A DNA stretch of 64,000 nt from positions 1 to 64,000 of the IMG/VR virus record IMGVR_UViG_3300046459_000436; one strand, written 5' to 3'. Source of the stretch: a virus. Positions 9,878 to 18,652 of the stretch are shown here, one piece after another. The stretch's first letter is position 1. The number at the start of each line of letters is the position of its first letter. A program made the translations under genes and the position numbers. The notes under the pieces were generated by a model. The model did no database searches. It was given only the letters and a program-made list of their open reading frames with translations, and was not told where the DNA came from.

Positions 9878-11037
9878 CAGTAGGCGGCCGAAACGAAGTT
9901 CTTCAGCACGGCCTGCACGGACCCGGAGTCGGTGGCGTTGTAGACGCCGTTGACTTCGAAGTCGGCGGTCACGTAGGTGCCGGACACGTCGGGCTTGCCC
10001 TTAGACCAGCCGCCCTGGGTAGTGGTGATGGTCAGGGAGGCGCCGCCCGCATCGACTCCCGCGCCGACGGGCTGGACCAGGGCCATGCTGGTCGGGTTGC
10101 CCTGCAAGGCCTGCAGGTACAGGTTGTAGTCAGCGTCCGACTCGTAGATCGCCTTGTACGTGATGTCCGCGTCCAGAACGCCCGTGAACACCTCGCGCGG
10201 CTGCTGGGTGCCGTTGGACGCATGGATGGCCTCGCCCGGCCGCTTGAGCGCCAGGTCGTAGGACAGGCCGCGGGTGCTGGTGGCGCCGGCGTTGGTCATG
10301 GCGAACTGCCAGCCGAGGAACGGCGGCGGCTCGGAGAACGTGGGGGTCGCGGTCTGGACGGCGCCGATCCAGCCGATGTACTTCGCGCCGACGGTGCAGA
10401 TGCCCTTCGGGTCCACCTTGATGGCGACGTCCGTCAGCATGCAGCCGGGGTAGCCCCACGCCTCGAACCCGTTGTGCTCGGTGAGGGAGTACGTGGGCTT
10501 GACGGTGGACGCGGACTGCTTGAACGTGTGCGTGGTCTGGGTGGCAACGGCGACGCCCGAGGTGTGGCCGAAGGTCAGGCCGCCCGTGGCGGGTGTCGCC
10601 ACTGGGATCGTGTATGGACCCGATCCGGTGGGAGTGCCCGAGATGAAGTACTCGATCTTCGATCCGGTGTCGATCATGACTGTGGACCCCAGGGGGATCG
10701 ACACCGGCACGGAGATCGATACGGCCCCGGGGGTGGTCGTTGTCGACAGGGTCGTGGACACGCCTGCGGTGACGGTGTCCGGTCCGATGATCCGCAGCGC
10801 GTACCCGACGGAGTCCGGGTAGGCGTTCCACTCCAGGTCGACAGTCGAGTCGCCGGCGCCCTGGTACAGGCCCTGCAGGTTGGAGTCGTTGTTGCGGTAC
10901 GACTCATCCCGCAGCGGGTCGTAGCCGATCTCGAAGTCCAGCTTCGTGCACGGCAGGTAGTACGTCGGGGTGAGCCACGTCCCCTGGGTGACTTCCTTGG
11001 CCAGGCCCACATATGCGAGCCGTCCCAGCAGGGTCAT
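9877..11037 (-). CDS. Major tail tube protein with inserted beta domain
   Basis: 386 aa, YVGLAKEVTQGT N-terminus, PTYSLTE..YPGCMLT; gene position. Confidence 0.85.
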   Translation of the reverse strand: MTLLGRLAYVGLAKEVTQGTWLTPTYYLPCTKLDFEIGYDPLRDESYRNNDSNLQGLYQGAGDSTVDLEWNAYPDSVGYALRIIGPDTVTAGVSTTLSTTTTPGAVSISVPVSIPLGSTVMIDTGSKIEYFISGTPTGSGPYTIPVATPATGGLTFGHTSGVAVATQTTHTFKQSASTVKPTYSLTEHNGFEAWGYPGCMLTDVAIKVDPKGICTVGAKYIGWIGAVQTATPTFSEPPPFLGWQFAMTNAGATSTRGLSYDLALKRPGEAIHASNGTQQPREVFTGVLDADITYKAIYESDADYNLYLQALQGNPTSMALVQPVGAGVDAGGASLTITTTQGGWSKGKPDVSGTYVTADFEVNGVYNATDSGSVQAVLKNFVSAAY

Positions 11038-11288
11038 CGCGGCTCACCTCCTTCGGTGTCCGCCGCGGTCGCCCGCCGGGTCTTGGTGATGGTCTTGGGC
11101 TGCGGCGCCTCGTCGGCGGCAGCCTCCTCGGGTTCGTCGTCGACAGCAGTCCAGCCGTCGAGGAGTACGGGGTGCTCATGAACCTCGCCGACCTCGACCC
11201 GGACGGGCGGCTCACTGGCAAAGGTCCAGGCACTACCCGTGGTGTTGCGTTGACGGACGGGCGGCTGTTCGGTGGGGTCGGGGCTCAC
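11034..11288 (-). CDS. Small hypothetical virion-region protein
   Basis: 84 aa, ATGA-coupled to major tail. Confidence 0.6.
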   Translation of the reverse strand: MSPDPTEQPPVRQRNTTGSAWTFASEPPVRVEVGEVHEHPVLLDGWTAVDDEPEEAAADEAPQPKTITKTRRATAADTEGGEPR

Positions 11289-11364
11289 GAGGACTCCTGC
11301 GACAGGAACGGAGGCATGGGAAAGGCCCCCGCGAGACGGGAGCCGGAGGAGAGGGTGGGGCAGG

Positions 11365-11886
11365 TCAGGACGTGTAGTCCTTGTCGTCCGCCACGTAGGC
11401 GATGGTTGCGCTCAGGTCTGCCTTGGCGAGCATCGACTGCTCCGGATCTGCGAAGTCGACGACGATGTCGTTGGGGTCCTGGGCGACGCTCATGAAGCGG
11501 GCGCCGTGGGTCTTGTCGAGCGGGAACGTGAGGACTGGCCCGTTGATGCGCCGAAGCACTAGTTCGACCGCGGCGTCGAAGTCCCGCTGTACCGACTCGG
11601 CTTGACCACTCGGTGACGACTGCGGCCAGTACAGACGCAGCACGAACGGATAGTGGTTGATCATCCGGTTGAACCCGAACCTCTCGGCCCGGATCTGTCC
11701 GCGAGTCACATACAGTCGGCGCTGCCGCTGCGCCGGAGTGCGGGGCACATACGCCTGCACCACATCGAACGGCCCCCCATACGCCCTCAGCAGCCCGGGC
11801 AGACCGTCCGTCGCGTCGTAGGCGGCCAGCCACGCCGCTTCGCGATCGACAGCGTCCGCGCTGCTCACCAGGTCCGGAGTGCTCAC
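11365..11886 (-). CDS. Tail terminator-like protein
   Basis: 173 aa, between neck gene and tail tube. Confidence 0.65.
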   Translation of the reverse strand: MSTPDLVSSADAVDREAAWLAAYDATDGLPGLLRAYGGPFDVVQAYVPRTPAQRQRRLYVTRGQIRAERFGFNRMINHYPFVLRLYWPQSSPSGQAESVQRDFDAAVELVLRRINGPVLTFPLDKTHGARFMSVAQDPNDIVVDFADPEQSMLAKADLSATIAYVADDKDYTS

Positions 11887-11899
11887 CAGTCGCCCCCGC

Positions 11900-12568
11900 T
11901 CACGTGCGCTGGTAGTTGCCGAGGATCTTCTCCGCCTGCTCGGCGAGCGCCCCCCGGTCGTGGGAGAACTGGGTTCCGGCCGGGTCGATCTCGCCCAGGA
12001 CCAGCGACGCGGCTTGGAGTTTGCACGCGCGCCCCAAGTCGGCCGGCACTGTGGTGTAGCCGCCGTCGTAATTCACGCGGATCAGCGAGCCGACGGGCAG
12101 GAAGGTGCCGAGGGTGAACCACACGTGGCCCGAGTCGGCTTCGGCGCCGATGAGCGACGTCGCGTTCACGACCTGGGATCCGCCATACGACCGCAGGATG
12201 GTTACCTGCAGGTTCGCGTAGGTCCACATCTCCGGATAGCGGCCGGCGAACTCGTTGAGCCACACGTGCCGGACCTGGTCGCCGGCTCCGAGCGCGTTGG
12301 AGTACGACCGGCCGAGAGTCCCCTGAAGGTCCATCGGGAGATTCGCGGCGTCGGTGTACTCGTCGGGGTCGATGCCGGTCGCCCGGTGCGTCTCGGGTAG
12401 GCCGGTGAAGGGCGCGAGTCGTCGCTCGCAGATGCCCTCGCACTGCCGGGTGGCCTCGATCATCAGCTGGCCGAGGGCTTCGGCGCTGTAGTCGCGGACC
12501 AGGTCGGCGAACTGCCCGGTCTGCATGTCCGCTGACGTTGCGAGCGGGACCGGGGAGTCCGCGGCCAT
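11900..12568 (-). CDS. Head-tail adaptor/connector
   Basis: VNYDGGYTTVPADLGRAC motif (gp6/gp15-like). Confidence 0.8.
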   Translation of the reverse strand: MAADSPVPLATSADMQTGQFADLVRDYSAEALGQLMIEATRQCEGICERRLAPFTGLPETHRATGIDPDEYTDAANLPMDLQGTLGRSYSNALGAGDQVRHVWLNEFAGRYPEMWTYANLQVTILRSYGGSQVVNATSLIGAEADSGHVWFTLGTFLPVGSLIRVNYDGGYTTVPADLGRACKLQAASLVLGEIDPAGTQFSHDRGALAEQAEKILGNYQRT

Positions 12569-12571
12569 CGG

Positions 12572-12880
12572 CTACTCCTCGACGGGTGCGGGCTTGCGGG
12601 CGGCCGTCTTGCGGGCCGCGGTCTTCTTCGCGACAGGCTTGGCGCCCGGCTCGTCGGCCGGCGCGTCCGGGTCGACCTCGGAGAACTCCGGGTCCGGCTC
12701 GGGGTCCTGTGCGACCTCCTCGTCCTCCTCGGCGTCCGGCAGCACGAGGGTGAAGCCGCCGTCTGTGATGGCGAGGAGTGCCTCGGCTTCCTCGTGCGGC
12801 ATGTCGACGACCGAGCCGTCTTCGGGCCAGGAGTGGCCGAGCGAGTCGTTGCCCGCCCGGTCCTTGCGGATGAGCGGCAT
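12572..12880 (-). CDS. Hypothetical protein with acidic then K/A-rich tail
   Basis: 102 aa after capsid, AAGGAG RBS. Confidence 0.75.
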   Translation of the reverse strand: MPLIRKDRAGNDSLGHSWPEDGSVVDMPHEEAEALLAITDGGFTLVLPDAEEDEEVAQDPEPDPEFSEVDPDAPADEPGAKPVAKKTAARKTAARKPAPVEE

Positions 12881-12903
12881 GAGCGCTCCTTTCGGCGAAG
12901 GGG

Positions 12904-12937
12904 GCGGCGGCGCACGGTGAGGGCTGTGCGCCGCCGT
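12904..12937 (-). terminator. Hairpin downstream of major capsid gene
   Basis: GCGGCGGCGCACGG ... CTGTGCGCCGCCGT inverted repeat. Confidence 0.55.
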
Positions 12938-12941
12938 TGGG

Positions 12942-14318
12942 TCAGCTGGTCAGCGACGAGGAGATGCGGTTGATCCGGCCGGTGTACTTCGGCGCCCGCA
13001 CCGCGAGCGTGGTGTCCGAGACGATGGCGTAGGGCATCTGGTCCGGGGCGGCCGTCGTCGGGTACACGTCGAGCGGCTCCAGCTCACGGACGTAGGGCCG
13101 CAGGAGGAACTGGGGGTCGCGGGCGATGAGGTAGATGTTCTCCGACCCGGACGCCTGCGGCTTCATGGCCGCGTTGGTGCCCACGTAGGCAGCCGGGACG
13201 CTGGCCGGGGCAGTGGCGCCGTTCTTCGGGGTGAGCTTCGCGCCGTCGTCCACGATCGAGGTGGTGAGGATCGGGGTGACGCCGTCGGCGGCGATACCGA
13301 CAGTGGCGTCGACGTAGCCGAGGAACGTCTCGGTGCCGGTCGCGGTGGACCGGAACACCTTGTACAGGTTGGGCTGCGCACCGTCGTAGGCCGCCGGGGT
13401 GGAGAACGACAGGGTGACCGTCGAGGTCGCGCCAGTGGTGGTCTGGGAGACCTCGGTGGACGGCAGGATCTCGCCCTGGCGGGCGATGACCGGCGCGATC
13501 TGGTAGTAGTACGTGGCCGCCGCCAGGGTGCCGCCCGTGGTCGCGGTCGCCGTGGTGACGGCGCCCATCTGGTACGACCGCGCGGACAGGAACGAGGACG
13601 TCACCATCGGGATGCCCCGGTAGGCCTGGACATTGAGTCCGGCGGCCACCTCGGTGGAGCTGAGGTAGCGCTGGTTGGCGATGGCGAGCTGCGCGATGCG
13701 GGACTCGGCGGTGGAGGACATGACGAACATCCACCCCGGCCCGTTGATCTTCATGGCGGCCTGCTGCTCCACCATGTCGATGAGCTTGTCGAGCCAGCCC
13801 AGCGACAGCGATGCGTTCGCGGCGTCCACCGCGTTCTGGGTGCCGCCGGAGAACGTCGACACGAGGCTGTCGAGACCGTCGAACTGCGGGTATCCGCCCA
13901 GCAGCGTGGAGCCGGAGTTGCCCCACAGGACGGCGTTCTCGATGTCCCAGTACAGGCCCTGGATGGAGCCCTCGATCTCCTGCGCCCGCAGGTCCCCGGC
14001 CAGGCCGCGGGTGACGGCCTGCGCGTAGCCGGTGACCGCGCCGACGGACTGCAGGTTGCGGATGGTGAAGTTGTTCTGCACGTAGGTCGAGTTGGTGACC
14101 GGGCGGGCGCCGCCGTCGGACACGAAGCCGCCGGCCGCGCGGGCGGTGCGCTGGTTGAAGTAGTAGACGTTGGAGTCCCACTTGCGGGTGGGGATGGCCC
14201 GCACGAGGGGGGCGTAGCGCCGCTGGTACTCCAGCAGCATCGGGTCGACGATGGTCGGCGTGAGGGCGGCTGCGCCTGCGGCGGTCAGCGCCTCGCGGAG
14301 TTCGGCCTGGCTGGACAT
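12942..14318 (-). CDS. Major capsid protein with inserted Ig/FN3-like domain
   Basis: Start MSSQAELREAL; DIENAVLWG, QFDGL, YRGIPMV motifs; T/A-rich insertion YYYQIAP...YKVFRS. Confidence 0.9.
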   Translation of the reverse strand: MSSQAELREALTAAGAAALTPTIVDPMLLEYQRRYAPLVRAIPTRKWDSNVYYFNQRTARAAGGFVSDGGARPVTNSTYVQNNFTIRNLQSVGAVTGYAQAVTRGLAGDLRAQEIEGSIQGLYWDIENAVLWGNSGSTLLGGYPQFDGLDSLVSTFSGGTQNAVDAANASLSLGWLDKLIDMVEQQAAMKINGPGWMFVMSSTAESRIAQLAIANQRYLSSTEVAAGLNVQAYRGIPMVTSSFLSARSYQMGAVTTATATTGGTLAAATYYYQIAPVIARQGEILPSTEVSQTTTGATSTVTLSFSTPAAYDGAQPNLYKVFRSTATGTETFLGYVDATVGIAADGVTPILTTSIVDDGAKLTPKNGATAPASVPAAYVGTNAAMKPQASGSENIYLIARDPQFLLRPYVRELEPLDVYPTTAAPDQMPYAIVSDTTLAVRAPKYTGRINRISSSLTS

Positions 14319-14446
14319 GGTGTTGCCTTCCGGCAGTGGTGGGTATGACGAAGCCCCGCGCACGGGGTGTGGGCGGGGCGGCGTGACCATCTCTGCCGAG
14401 CGGCACCAGCGATGGGCTGGCGGTCAGGGTGAAGCGGGGTTGCGCG

Positions 14447-16054
14447 TCAGGCGCGGGCGCCGAGGATGGCGTTCACGGTCGCCGGGGAGACGTGCTGCCG
14501 GAACTCCTCGTCGGTGTACTCGTGGAGCGGCTTGGCGGGCCAGCCCTCCGGGAGGCCCCCGCCGGTGACGGGCGCGGTGTGCTCGGTGACCGGGGTGACG
14601 AGACCCTTGCGGGTCGGGCCGCCGGTGGCCTCGACGTGCTCCTGCACAGCCTTCGGCAGGGCGCCGGCGATACCTTCGGCGACGAGGCGCGCGATGCGCT
14701 GCTCGTCGGTCTCGGCGACCTCTGCGTTGGCCGGGGCCGCAGCCTCGACGACGGTCTCAGTCGGCGCGGACTCCACGGGCGCGACGGGCGCCGGAGTCAT
14801 TGCCGTGACGAAGCCCGCGAGGGCATCGCTCAGCTTGTCGATCTTCGCGCCGAGGGCGTGGATGCCGTCGGCGCTACCCGGGGTCTCGGCCGCCGGGGTG
14901 GGGGTGGACTCCGCCATGGCGGGCTCCTTCTCCTGGGTGGGGGTTTCGGCGGCCGGTGTCTCCGGTGCCGGGGTCTGCGGGAGGGCGTCTGCGGGGGCGG
15001 TCTCACCCATGTCGTCGTCGGCATCCTCGGCCGGGGCGCCGGCGAGGTCGATGTCGGCGTCCATGTCCGGGTCGATCGCGACCAGCGCGGTGCAGGCGCC
15101 TGCCATCGCGGCGCGGCCGACCGCGTCAAGGTCGTGCGGGTCGAGGAGCCGCGACGACACGGTGATGGTCGTCGGCCCGTTGGTGAGGCTCAGGTACACG
15201 TCGGCCCGGTCCGGGGCCATGTCCCAGCACTCAGCGAGAGCCTCGGTGACCGGAGCGGCCGGGTCTACCAGCCAGCCCTCCTCCGTGCGCGCCACGCCGT
15301 GGCCCCTGAGGGCCTTCGCCGCCCGGTCCTTGACGCGCTTGAGCTGCGCGGCCGTGTACTGCCGAGCGGTCGTCGACTCGCACAGGGCGAGCCAGGACGC
15401 CTTCGCCTGCGTGCGGGTGCCGACCGGCAGGCGAGGCTCGCCCAAGTACCCAAGGTCGGCATACGGGCCCGTTTCGGCGGCGGCGGTCTCGGTGATGGTC
15501 ACGGTCGCCTCCGGGGCGGACTCGGTAATCGGCACCCGGGCGGTGCCGTCGGATTCGCGGGGTTCGGAGGCCACCGGATCGACACTGTCGATGACCGCAC
15601 CGGCCACGCCCGGCTTGCGCGTGTAGTCCAAACCGTCGAGTTCCACGTCGTCCCCGGCCTCAACGACCTGGCCGTCAGGCCCGTTTTCGCGCCGCACCTT
15701 GCCGAGCCAGGCACCGCGGATGCTGACGCCCTTCAAGGTCGGCTTCAGGCCGGGCGCCGAGGGGGCGGCCAGGTTGGCGATATTCCGGCCGTGGGTGGTG
15801 TCGTCGATGACGGCTTCGAAACGGGCGGCGCCGTCGGTCTCCTGCCAGATGCGGGTCAGTTGGCCAACGAGCTGTGTGGAGTCGTCGTCGGCCGCGTGGT
15901 GGGTGAGCATGGTGATCGGCATGTCGTCACTGCTGCCGATGCGAGCTTGGGCTCGCTCTACCATCCGGCCGATGGCTTCGCTGGTGTAGAGCCGGTTGTT
16001 CTTGCTGATGCCGGGCCGGATCGCGGTCCCGGTGACGGTGGCGATCGCGGCCAC
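14447..16054 (-). CDS. Prohead protease / scaffold fusion
   Basis: GTG start with GGAGG; GISKNNRLY, THH, GVSIRG, DYTRKPGV protease motifs; acidic P/A-rich scaffold tail. Confidence 0.85.
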   Translation of the reverse strand: MAAIATVTGTAIRPGISKNNRLYTSEAIGRMVERAQARIGSSDDMPITMLTHHAADDDSTQLVGQLTRIWQETDGAARFEAVIDDTTHGRNIANLAAPSAPGLKPTLKGVSIRGAWLGKVRRENGPDGQVVEAGDDVELDGLDYTRKPGVAGAVIDSVDPVASEPRESDGTARVPITESAPEATVTITETAAAETGPYADLGYLGEPRLPVGTRTQAKASWLALCESTTARQYTAAQLKRVKDRAAKALRGHGVARTEEGWLVDPAAPVTEALAECWDMAPDRADVYLSLTNGPTTITVSSRLLDPHDLDAVGRAAMAGACTALVAIDPDMDADIDLAGAPAEDADDDMGETAPADALPQTPAPETPAAETPTQEKEPAMAESTPTPAAETPGSADGIHALGAKIDKLSDALAGFVTAMTPAPVAPVESAPTETVVEAAAPANAEVAETDEQRIARLVAEGIAGALPKAVQEHVEATGGPTRKGLVTPVTEHTAPVTGGGLPEGWPAKPLHEYTDEEFRQHVSPATVNAILGARA

Positions 16055-16080
16055 GCGAACCTCCGAGGTGGTGGGGCCGG

Positions 16081-16488
16081 TCAGCGGCCGATGAGGCAGA
16101 TCGATGTCTGCGGGTAGACGGGGGTGGTGCCGCCGAGAGTCCAGGTGACGCGGCCGGTGTTCGGCAGTACGAGGGCGGCGCTGGTCGATGCCACGTTCGG
16201 CATGTGCAGGCCGGCGTAGGCCGATCCGCGTCCGGCCGTGGTGGTCAGTTGGGTGATTTTCGCGACGGCCGGGTACCAGTTGCCGTCCGGGTCCTGGATG
16301 TCCAGGCCGACGTCGAGTGTCGGCGTGGTGCCCGTCGGGGTGCCGGTGACGTTGACGGCCAGCCACACGTCGCTGATATCGGTCAGGCTGATGGCCGGAC
16401 CGTTCGTTGTCGCGGCGCCGGCCAAGGTGAGGATCGTTCCGGACGGGGTCAGGTTCCACAGGACCCGGGCCGGCTTGTAGCTGCTCAT
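16081..16488 (-). CDS. Small beta-rich virion (decoration-like) protein
   Basis: 135 aa, VNVTG..GTTPTLDV, RVTWTLGGTTP. Confidence 0.65.
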   Translation of the reverse strand: MSSYKPARVLWNLTPSGTILTLAGAATTNGPAISLTDISDVWLAVNVTGTPTGTTPTLDVGLDIQDPDGNWYPAVAKITQLTTTAGRGSAYAGLHMPNVASTSAALVLPNTGRVTWTLGGTTPVYPQTSICLIGR

Positions 16489-16501
16489 GGAATCTCCGGG
16501 A

Positions 16502-17494
16502 TCAGGTGAACCAGTTGGCGAAGTGAGCCAGCGAGACGTCAGCCGCAGGTACGCAGCGGCAAACGGGGTGGCTTGGCATTAGGGGGAAGTCGGTGATCGG
16601 CCACGGGCTGCCCGCCTCGTTGTCGATGCACGTAGGACAGACGCGGCCATCTCCCGCAGTGAGCCACGAGACGCTCTGCACGCCTTCGGATTGGTACAGC
16701 GACAGGGCGCCTTGGTCGGCGGCGGTGGTCATGGCCCAGTCGACAATGAACGCGACTGATTCCACGTCCGTGCCGGTGAGGACGTTCATCGCGTCCTCAA
16801 TCATCTGGTCGCGGCTGGCACCGTCCTCGGCCCCTTGCGCGAGTATCCGACCGAGGTCTGCCGCGGCCCGGTCGATAGTGCGGCCGAGCCAGCCGCCCGT
16901 GTCCGCCCAGATCTCGTCGAGGCGTTCCAGGGACTGGTAGGCGTCGCCGAAGGCGATGTTCCAGTCGAGGCCGATCCGGTTGGCGCGTTCGGCGGCGATG
17001 GCGACCGCGTTGACCATGCCCTCCGCCCGGCCGGCTGCGATGGCATTCCTCAGCGCGGTGCGCAGGGCATCCCATCCGGCGCCGGCTGCGTCGGCGATTG
17101 CGTGCAGCATGGCTTTGGCGGCTTCGAGTGCTTCAGTGCGGATGCTGGGCTTGCCGTGGTCGGCTTCGGTGAGTCCGGCCTGCTGCCGGAACCGGTCAAC
17201 CACGGCGGCGACCGCGTCCCGGCCGATGAGGTCGCGCCACGCATCGGCCACGAATGGTACGTGCTTGGCCTGCTGCTCCTCGCGGCGTTGGAACAGTAGC
17301 GCCCACATGCCTTCGAGCTTGCCGAGGTCGATGGTGACTTCGAGGATGCGCGGGTCGTCAGCGTGCTCGATGGCGAGCGCCACGGCTGCGGTGGAAGCGC
17401 GCCGCACGCGGTTCGTCATCGGCCCCCCGGAGACGGCCCAGCCTGCAGCGAACGCCTCGCGGGCGAAGCCCTCAATGGGGTGCGGCATGGGCAC
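16502..17494 (-). CDS. MuF-like head morphogenesis protein
   Basis: C-terminal WLTAGDGRVCPTC...HPVCRC motif. Confidence 0.9.
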   Translation of the reverse strand: MPMPHPIEGFAREAFAAGWAVSGGPMTNRVRRASTAAVALAIEHADDPRILEVTIDLGKLEGMWALLFQRREEQQAKHVPFVADAWRDLIGRDAVAAVVDRFRQQAGLTEADHGKPSIRTEALEAAKAMLHAIADAAGAGWDALRTALRNAIAAGRAEGMVNAVAIAAERANRIGLDWNIAFGDAYQSLERLDEIWADTGGWLGRTIDRAAADLGRILAQGAEDGASRDQMIEDAMNVLTGTDVESVAFIVDWAMTTAADQGALSLYQSEGVQSVSWLTAGDGRVCPTCIDNEAGSPWPITDFPLMPSHPVCRCVPAADVSLAHFANWFT

Positions 17495-17540
17495 CCCCCT
17501 TCAGCGCCAGGATTGGAGACCCAAGAGGAAAGCAACGCCC

Positions 17541-18338
17541 TCATGGCTTCTGAGGCGAAGCCTGCCTCCGGGCTCGCGCCCGCTCCCGCAGGCAGGTTCG
17601 GCACTTGCGGCTGGGAGTCTTGCCATTACCGCTTCGCTCGATCACGGTATTTGCCTCGTCATAGGGGTGACCCTGAGGGCAGTGTGTCTTCCGCCCTGGC
17701 CGCCCCTGTGCGCGCCACTCTGCCCACCACTTTCGTTTCGCCTCTGCGACCTTCGCCCGCGAGGACGCGTTGGTCATCGGCTGAAGTGCGCGCGCCTTGG
17801 CTGCTTTGCTCAGCTTGCCCCGGGTCTCGTCCGAGGTGATGCTTCCCGCCGCTCGCCAGTCTGCCCAGCGTTTCGTCGTGGCCTCCGAGACCGCCTTCCG
17901 TGTGTTCGCTGGAATCGTCTTGCCCTTGTGCACGCGACTGACGGCCTGGCGCCGGACGGGGTCTTTCATCCGTTCGAGGGCGGCCTGCCGAATCCGCTCT
18001 CGGGTTTCGGGGGATGCGATGCGCCCCAGGGTTCCAGGGCCGCCATCAGTCGCGTTGGTCAGGCGAGCGCCCTGAGCTCTGTACGTGGTGATCCATCGCC
18101 GCTCGGCTTCTCCGTGGCTCTCGATCGGAACGATCTCAATCTCCGTCATGACTGGCGAGACACCGACTTTGAGCAATGAGCGGATCCACCGGCTCTTGTA
18201 GTCCTGGCGCCCAGTATCGGAGATGTGCCCTCGAAGCCGCTCGGCGAGCGAGCGTGTTGTGACCCCGACGTAGCGAACTTCACCGTTACGAGGGTCACTC
18301 AACGTGTAGATCCAGGCCATCCGCTCATGCACGTCCAT
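17541..18338 (-). CDS. GIY-YIG endonuclease with NUMOD3-like repeats and C-terminal Zn finger
   Basis: WIYTL...RYVGVT..R..GH, E..WI, LTN..DGG; SPETRERI/SDETRGKLS repeats; THCPQGH..CRTC; start uncertain (18338 or 18320). Confidence 0.85.
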   Translation of the reverse strand: MDVHERMAWIYTLSDPRNGEVRYVGVTTRSLAERLRGHISDTGRQDYKSRWIRSLLKVGVSPVMTEIEIVPIESHGEAERRWITTYRAQGARLTNATDGGPGTLGRIASPETRERIRQAALERMKDPVRRQAVSRVHKGKTIPANTRKAVSEATTKRWADWRAAGSITSDETRGKLSKAAKARALQPMTNASSRAKVAEAKRKWWAEWRAQGRPGRKTHCPQGHPYDEANTVIERSGNGKTPSRKCRTCLRERARARRQASPQKP

Positions 18339-18375
18339 GTACATCAATGTACATGAGTGGCTCTCTCTGTACTCT
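18337..18375. promoter_or_regulatory. Tandem ATGTACAT palindromes (Phd/YefM-type operator) plus divergent -10 elements
   Basis: ATGTACAT at 18337-18344 and 18347-18354; TACTCT 18370-18375 lies 6 nt before the phd ATG. Confidence 0.65.
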
Positions 18376-18381
18376 GGCGTT

Positions 18382-18576
18382 ATGAAGGAAGAACCAGTCG
18401 AGATGAGTACCGCTGAAGTTCGCACGAACCTTGCGGACGTGGTCAACGCGGCAGTCCGAAACCGGATCACTTTCGTGACCAGTCGCGGGCGCCGCGTGGC
18501 GGCGGTTGTCCCGCTATCCATCGCCGAGGAGGCAGTGGAACGCGAAGACGGGGGCCCTAGCCGACCCGCTTCTTGA
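18382..18576 (+). CDS. Orphan Phd/YefM-family antitoxin-like DNA-binding protein
   Basis: STAEVRTNLADVVNAA..RITFVTSRGRRVAAVVP is the Phd/YefM signature. Confidence 0.85.
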   Translation: MKEEPVEMSTAEVRTNLADVVNAAVRNRITFVTSRGRRVAAVVPLSIAEEAVEREDGGPSRPAS

Positions 18577-18652
18577 TGAGCGGCAGCACATCCTTGGCGC
18601 GCAGCGGATGGTTCGGAGGATCGGGCGGCAGCGGTTCAGGCGGCACGCTCAT
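18557..18652 (-). CDS. 31-aa peptide overlapping the portal end
   Basis: MSVPPEPLPPDPPNHPLRAKDVLPLIKKRVG with AGGAGG RBS. Confidence 0.5.
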   Translation of the reverse strand: MSVPPEPLPPDPPNHPLRAKDVLPLIKKRVG

